This document shows positions 57,670-64,000 of a stretch of 64,000 nucleotides of DNA, one piece after another; position 1 is the stretch's first letter; the number at the start of each line of letters is the position of its first letter. The stretch is taken from positions 1 to 64,000 of the forward strand of contig MCFH01000007.1 of the NCBI GenBank assembly GCA_002104945.1. Direction: 5' to 3'. The stretch is from Piromyces finnis finn. Lineage: Eukaryota; Fungi; Neocallimastigomycota. A program made the translations under genes and the position numbers. A model generated the notes under the pieces. That model worked only from the letters and a program-made list of their open reading frames with translations, searched no databases and had not been told where the DNA came from.

Positions 57670-57852
57670 GCCATAAAAAAGGTTCTTACAGGTTTTTTAT
57701 GGTCTTTTTTAATTTTGTAAAAAAAATTTAAAAATTATTTAGAAAAAAGTAAAAATCACCATATATTAATTAATTGATTTTAAAGAATTTCTTTTGTAAA
57801 GCCATAAAAAATTACTAGAATAAAAAATTTTTTAAATATGATTTTTTATGGC
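57670..57852. repeat. Cluster of four CCATAAAAAA motifs arranged as two inverted pairs
   Basis: GCCATAAAAAA 57670-57680 / TTTTTTATGG 57693-57702; GCCATAAAAAAT 57801-57812 / ATTTTTTATGGC 57841-57852. Confidence 0.8.
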
Positions 57853-58598
57853 CAAATATCTTATAGGATCATTTTAAATTCATCGAATAGGATATTGAAA
57901 GATAAAGTTTGATTATATCAATATATCAATATAAATAATATATTAATACATAAGACAAATATTTTTGTTGGTAGAATTAATTTATTTTCTTGGAGATAAA
58001 TTAATGAAAAGAATAATATTTACACAATTAATTGTAAAAAGGAATACAATTAATACCGAATGAACAAAAATGATTGGTGATTTTTATTTTTAAAAGATTT
58101 AGGAAAAATATTTTTTGAATAGCTCTATTCTAAATTAATAACATTTCAATAATGAGTAATATAATTTTAACATAATACCATTTTATATTGTTTGTATATG
58201 TATTCTTATATATTAAATGCAAAGATATCATTGATTTATATTATTTAAAATCAAAAAGTCTTTTTATTTTTTGATTTTAATAAGTAAAAAATTCTATATT
58301 TCTATTTATATATTTAATTTCTATATTACTTTGTAAATTAAAAAAATTAAAAAATTAAATAATATATTACTCCACAATATATTATTTATATAACAATACT
58401 TCATTTTATTTATATAGGTTTTATAATTGGAAAAAAATATAAAAATAAGAGTTTTTCTTTCATTTTCTTTTTTTTTCTTTACTTTATATTTATTTTATAG
58501 TCAAAAATATAAATTTATAAAAAAAAAAATAAGAATATAAAAAATAAAATAACATAACGAAAGAATAATCAATTTTTTTAATATAAACTATTTAAAAA

Positions 58599-60664
58599 AT
58601 GATTAGTAGTACCACTTCAAATATTGTAATATACATTACTTTAGCAATTTTTTTAGTTCTTGGAATTGCTTTAGTTAAAGGTAGAAAAATGTCAAAGGAC
58701 CAATTTTTAACTGCTCGTTCAACTCAAACATGGGGAGCTCTTGGAATTAATTTTTATGTTGCAGGTTAATATTAAATTTGTAAAATAATATAAAATATTA
58801 ATCATATTTTGTATTAATTAGTTATTTAATTATTTTTTTTTATTATTACTTTAAGGTGTTGGTAGTTGGATTTTATTTACTTTACCTACTACTTCTGCTT
58901 ACAATGGTATTTATGGATTAATTGCTTATGTTGTTGCATGTGTTGTTCCTTTAATTGTTCTTATGTTTATTGGTCCAATGATTCGTAAAAAATGTCCAAA
59001 AGGTGTTACAATTACTGAATTTGTTAAATTAAGATTTGGAAAATTGCTTAATGCCTTTGTTGGTATTATGGTTGTCTTCTATATGGCAATCTTCTACATA
59101 TCCGAATTAACTGCTTTAGGAAGTACCTTAACAGCTACTTATGGTATAAATTCAACCATTCCAATTATTGTTACAGCCGTAGTTACTTCTATTTATACAG
59201 GTTGGTTTTTTTTATTGTAGTCTTTGTAATTTATTATTTTTAATTTATAATCATTATTAATATTTTAAAATTCTATATAGCTTATGGTGGACTTCCAACA
59301 TCAATGCTTACTGATAGAGTTCAAGGATGGGCTATTATTATATTAATTGCCATTGCTATTATTACTATCTTTAGTTCTATTAAGATTGATTCTAAAACTG
59401 TAGATGAATCTGGTTTATTAGAACCATCAAGAATTGCAATTGAATCATTTTATGTTCTTACTGCTGCTATTACTGGTGCTAATCTTTTCCATCAAGTATG
59501 CATTATGTATAATTGAATAATATGTATATTTAAATAATTAAATAAGATACTAATATTATATATTTATTTTATTGTATATTTATTTTTTAACAATAGGGTT
59601 ATTGGCAAAGAATTTATTCCTCTAAGACTAACAAAGACTTAGTTATTGGTCTTGGTATAGCTGGTTGTCTTATTCTTGTAACTTTCTTTATATTAGGATT
59701 GTATGTATCATTGATTATATAAATAGTATTTATATTCTTTTATTTACAATGGTTTTAATGAATAATTTATTTTAAATTCATATTATTAGTACTGGTATTA
59801 TTGCTATCTGGGGAAATGTATGTTGTTCAAATGAAGTCGAATATAATAATGTCTTCTTTTCTCTTACAAAAGCTCAAAAAGGATGGGTCAACATTATTGT
59901 TTTAATTTTAGCTGTATCTCTTGTTTGTTCAAGTACTGATACTATTCAAATTGGTTTATCAGCTACCATTGTTAATGATGTCTTCAATAATAAGATTAAT
60001 ATTAACTATGCTAGATTATGTGTTGTAATTTTAACAATTCCAATTGTTATCCTTGCTACAAAGAATGCAAATATCATGAGATTGTTTTTAATTGCAGATT
60101 TGTATTCAACTATTGTAGCTGTAGTTGTCTTTATTGCATTTATTGATCGTTTCAAGAAATACAAGAATCTTAAAGTTGTTAAGGATAGTACAAAAACATT
60201 GATCGATGAAACTGAAATAGGTATATATTTAAAATTATTATTATTTCATTCATATTTTTTTATCAACTATGTATTAATTTTAACCTTTATTAATATTTTA
60301 AAGCTGATAAGAAAGATATTGGTATCGTTGTTGATAAAAAGGACATTACTGATATTACTGTCGAAGAGCTTCACAATGCTGAAAAGAAAAACAACGAAGT
60401 TCAAGAATTTAACGATTATGATGTTAAAGGTGAAGCTAGAAAATTCTATATTAATGGATACGATTGTATAGTTGGTATTATTATAGGTATATTAGCTATT
60501 GCTATATTTGGATGGATTTTCCATAAGAGTTTGAAAAAGGGTATTGCTTTATTACTTTTACCTGATGGTATGAGTATTGAAGGTGAAAGTTTAGGTGCTT
60601 TCCTTGCTGCTCCATTAGGTACCTTATTTGGTATTTTCATATCTGCTGGAATTAGATATGTCAT
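58599..60664 (+). CDS. Sodium:solute symporter family transporter (DUR3/DUR31-like urea or polyamine transporter); 6 exons
   Basis: Many hydrophobic helices; motifs FLTARSTQ, IRKKCPKGVTITEFVKLRFG, YTAYGGLPTSMLTDRVQG, FHQGYWQRIYSSK, SSTDTIQ, LIADL. Confidence 0.85.
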
Positions 60665-61114
60665 TAATGAAATGATAAGAAAGAAGATAAACTAGAGTAA
60701 AAAAATCTTTTAAAATGTTATAAATAATTTAAGAAATAATAATTGCAAAATTACTAGATTAATTTTATTATTTACAAAAATAGTTTAATTAATATTAAAT
60801 ATGTCCTATCAATATAATAGTCTGTAATAATATAATAAGAAAAAAAAAGATAAAAAAAAAAAAAAATAGAAAAAATTTAGAATTAAGAAAGAAGTTTTAA
60901 TTTATTATTATTATTTTTATCTATGTAAAATAAACATAAAAAAATAAAAAAAAATTTTTATATTAAATTACATTTTATTAAAAAAAAAACAAATATTTCT
61001 TACATTTTAACTGTTAAATGGTATTAAAAGGGGGTAATAATATTTATGTTACATATATTGATTGTATTAAATGATGTATTTGACCATATATTAAATAATA
61101 AATTAATTATAAAT

Positions 61115-62851
61115 CTATTTTTTTTTCCCTTTAGCGGATTTTTTTTTATCATCCTTTCCTTTATCACCCTTAGCATCTTTTTTTACAGCTGTAGCATCTT
61201 TTACAGCTTTCTTTTTAGCATCATCCATTTTTTTAATTTGCTTTATTAATTGATCTTCGGAATTAGTTAGCATTGTAGTAAGTGAAACTTTTAATTCTTG
61301 GATTTTTGGACTAATGGCGTTTTCTATTAATATTTTTAATTCTTGAATAGCTTTTTCTCGTGGCGATATTTCTTCTAATTTTTCTTCATTTTGTTCTTTA
61401 CTTTCTTCATCTACATTTTCATTTTCAGAGCTGATCTGGTTTGTGGCATTCTCAGAATTTATATTATTTTCTGTTGTAATATTACTATTATTTTGTTCTG
61501 TTATATTTTCTTCTTCTATTTTATCTTTTATATCTTCTATTTCTTTCGAACTATCTTTTTTATCTATATTTTTATCTATTTCTACTATGTTAATAGTTTC
61601 ATTATTTGTTCCATCACTCTTTATAAAATATATTTTATTTTATTATATAAATATTTATTTTCTTTATTTTTTAATTATATATTAAAATTATGAAATGATA
61701 TAGTGCTTACAGAGTCAATGTTTTCATCATTTTGTTGATTTCCTTCTTCACTATCTATTACTTGTTCATCTTTATCTTCTTCTTTTGTATTTAGATTTTT
61801 TACAATTTCAACAGTATTTAAAGTTAATTTTTGTTGTTTAGTAAATGTGTATTTATACATTGAATAGTGTCTAAAGTATCTATTTTTTATTGAATTACAG
61901 ATTTTTATAAAATTAGAATTCAAATAGAATAAATTTATTATTATTTTTATTTTGTAAATTATACAACAATTATACAACAGCATACGTATTAGTGGCATAA
62001 TCTGTTATTTTTGTTATTTGATCCAATGTGAAATATTTTTTACTAAATGGAGGTCTATCAATACTATGATCTAATATTAACTTTTGAAACAATGCATAGT
62101 CTTCATCTAATTTCATATAGGGTGACGCTTTAACAATAATAAAAATTAATTTATGAAATATTAACATAACTTTATATTCTATATTTATACTTTTTTGATA
62201 TATACAAATACAATTTTCATGGGTTTTTTTCATAATAGAAAAAAAGATTGATGTTTGAATCGGCTCTAAATGAATTTCTTTAGCAAACCTATTTGAAAAA
62301 AAAGAAATAATAGAATTTTAGTTCCACACTATATATAATCATTTAGATAATAATAAACATAAATACAAAAGCATAGATTTTTTAAATTTTTATTTGGCTT
62401 ACATTAGTATAAAATAATAAAAATCGTATAGTATTCTTTTTTTATTAGCACTATCATCTGATGGAAACCATGATTCAATAAGACTTATTTTGTATTATGT
62501 GTAAAATATTTATAATTGTATTAGTATTAATACTTTTAATATCATACATTCTCAATGTTATGTGAATTAAAACTACCTTATTGCATTTTGTTGAATTACA
62601 GTATCATAAAATTGATTAATTTGCTTTAATGATAAATCTTGCCTTTTTTATTTATATAGGAATAATAAATATTTATTATTCAATATGTAATGATTTATGC
62701 ATTAGAGATAAACATAAATACTTTCTATATTATAAATTAAATATATGAAAAAATACCATTGCATTGAATAAGCCTATTTTATTCAAACAAATTAAAAAAT
62801 AAAAAATATTTAATAAAAGGGAACAATATAAACTTTAAAAACATGCTTCAT
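61115..62851 (-). CDS. CFAP119: Flagellar central-pair C1a-32 / CFAP119 (CCDC189)-like protein with acidic C-terminal half; start tentative
   Basis: Spliced: WQDLS..., RILYDFYYFILMFAKE..QTSIFFSIMKKTHE, FQKLILDHSIDRPPFSKKYFTLDQITKITDYATNTYFRHYSMYKYTF (C1a-32 signature HS..RPP.S...F......I.DY...TYFRHY..Y.Y.F); ends KSAKGKKK* at 61115. Confidence 0.8.
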
Positions 62852-63165
62852 TCTTTTTTAATTTTAACATACCATTTTGAATATATATTATTTTTAAAAA
62901 ATATATATTAAAAATGAAAAGTTTTTTTCTTCTCCTCTTTAAATTCTATCTTTTTTTTAAATTATAAAGTATTATAAATATCCTTATAAACAATTTTTTT
63001 GTGTTGTGAAAAATTTATTAATTAAAGTTTTAAAATTTTATGGATTAAATTATATATATTTTTAATTAATAAAAAAAAAAAAATCAAAAATGGAAATTTT
63101 GAAACTTTAATTTCAAAAAAAAAAAATTTGTTTTTTATTTTTTAATTGAATATAATTTATTTGTT

Positions 63166-63333
<168 letters not shown>

Positions 63334-63334
63334 T

Positions 63335-64000
63335 TTAATCACTTTGTTTAATAAATTTATATAATGTTTCACCATCTTTATTTGTATTTTTTGATAATTT
63401 TTGATTTGTTACTAAATAATTAAGAGCCTTTTTTACCACCTTTTCAGGGGCATATTTAAATGCTGTTGTATTTGACAATAGTTTTAAAATATCTTGATAG
63501 GAAACACATTCATTTTTATTCTTAAGAATTCCAAATATTGCTTCTCCGAGATTATATTTATAATGAATTAATGCATAGGTATCGTGATAAGAATCTAGTT
63601 GAAATATGACTCCTTCTTTTACTAGTTGATAAAAAACTTTTTGGAACAATAATGATATTTGATTTTCAGACGCTGAATTATTTTCTTTCTTTTTATTTTT
63701 TTTATTGTTAAAAATATTTTAATATAATAATATTAATAAAAATGATTAATATTAATTGTAGATTTTAAAATCATTTTTATAAATTTGAATAATATTTTTA
63801 CTTCTTCCAATAATTCAATAGCTTTATTTCTTAATTCATTTTCTTTCATAATTTTTGAAAATTGGAATGAATAAAGTTTATTATCACTGAGATATTTCAT
63901 GACATTACATTTTAAAATGTTTTCGTCTTTGATTATTGAATTATTTCCTATTTTTTGTCTCTTGGAATTGTCCAATTTTTTGAAAATCTTATATAAATAT
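63335..64000 (-). CDS. STN1: CST complex subunit STN1-like, last two exons (winged-helix C-terminus); 5' part lies beyond the window
   Basis: KYLSDNKLYSFQFSKI and LFQKVFYQLVKEGVIFQLDSYHDTYALI...LGEAIFGILK...VKKALNYLV align by eye with the STN1 C-terminal wHTH domains (EFL.EN.V.SF; IF...I.LL.E.GLVFQ.D...D.LY). The N-terminal OB fold is not visible. Confidence 0.62.

Noticed and set aside
61046-61693. Hydrophobic plus-strand ORFs
   Set aside because: Antisense to the K/E-rich CFAP119 exon, which automatically gives F/L/S/I-rich pseudo-membrane peptides.

Overview
Eukaryotic, extremely AT-rich (by eye more than 80% A+T) genomic DNA with many short GT-AG introns. The combination of fungal-type proteins, two flagellar genes (PPIL6-like, CFAP119-like) and this base composition points to an anaerobic gut fungus (Neocallimastigomycota); this is an inference. 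Manual splicing gives about 19 protein-coding genes: MRNIP-like, coatomer beta, PUS1, PPIL6-like cyclophilin, GlnRS, folylpolyglutamate synthase, RPA3, a MAP-kinase-phosphatase-like DSP, PIG-P, a PRKX/class-II PKA-like kinase, a PASK/Pim-like kinase, ARL6IP4/SR-25, cytosolic IleRS, a Yap1-like bZIP, an orphan Q/N/P-rich protein, GAPDH, a DUR-like sodium:solute symporter, CFAP119 and the 3' part of STN1. Several are absent from or fragmentary in the ORF track. I saw no rRNA, tRNA, CRISPR array or intact transposon, and no convincing novel multi-gene system. Best leads: (1) FPGS has an in-frame upstream ATG encoding a presequence-like extension ending KRF-L, suggesting hydrogenosomal folate metabolism; (2) a Yap1-type redox sensor keeps its C-terminal cysteine domain in a presumed obligate anaerobe; (3) GAPDH has an unusual S-loop and two upstream E-boxes; (4) about 40-unit (AUUU)n tracts lie downstream of both RPA3 and STN1; (5) a decayed hAT-like transposase remnant with clustered inverted motifs; (6) a GC-AG intron and a U12-like donor. 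All family assignments come from motif recognition by eye, with no database search.
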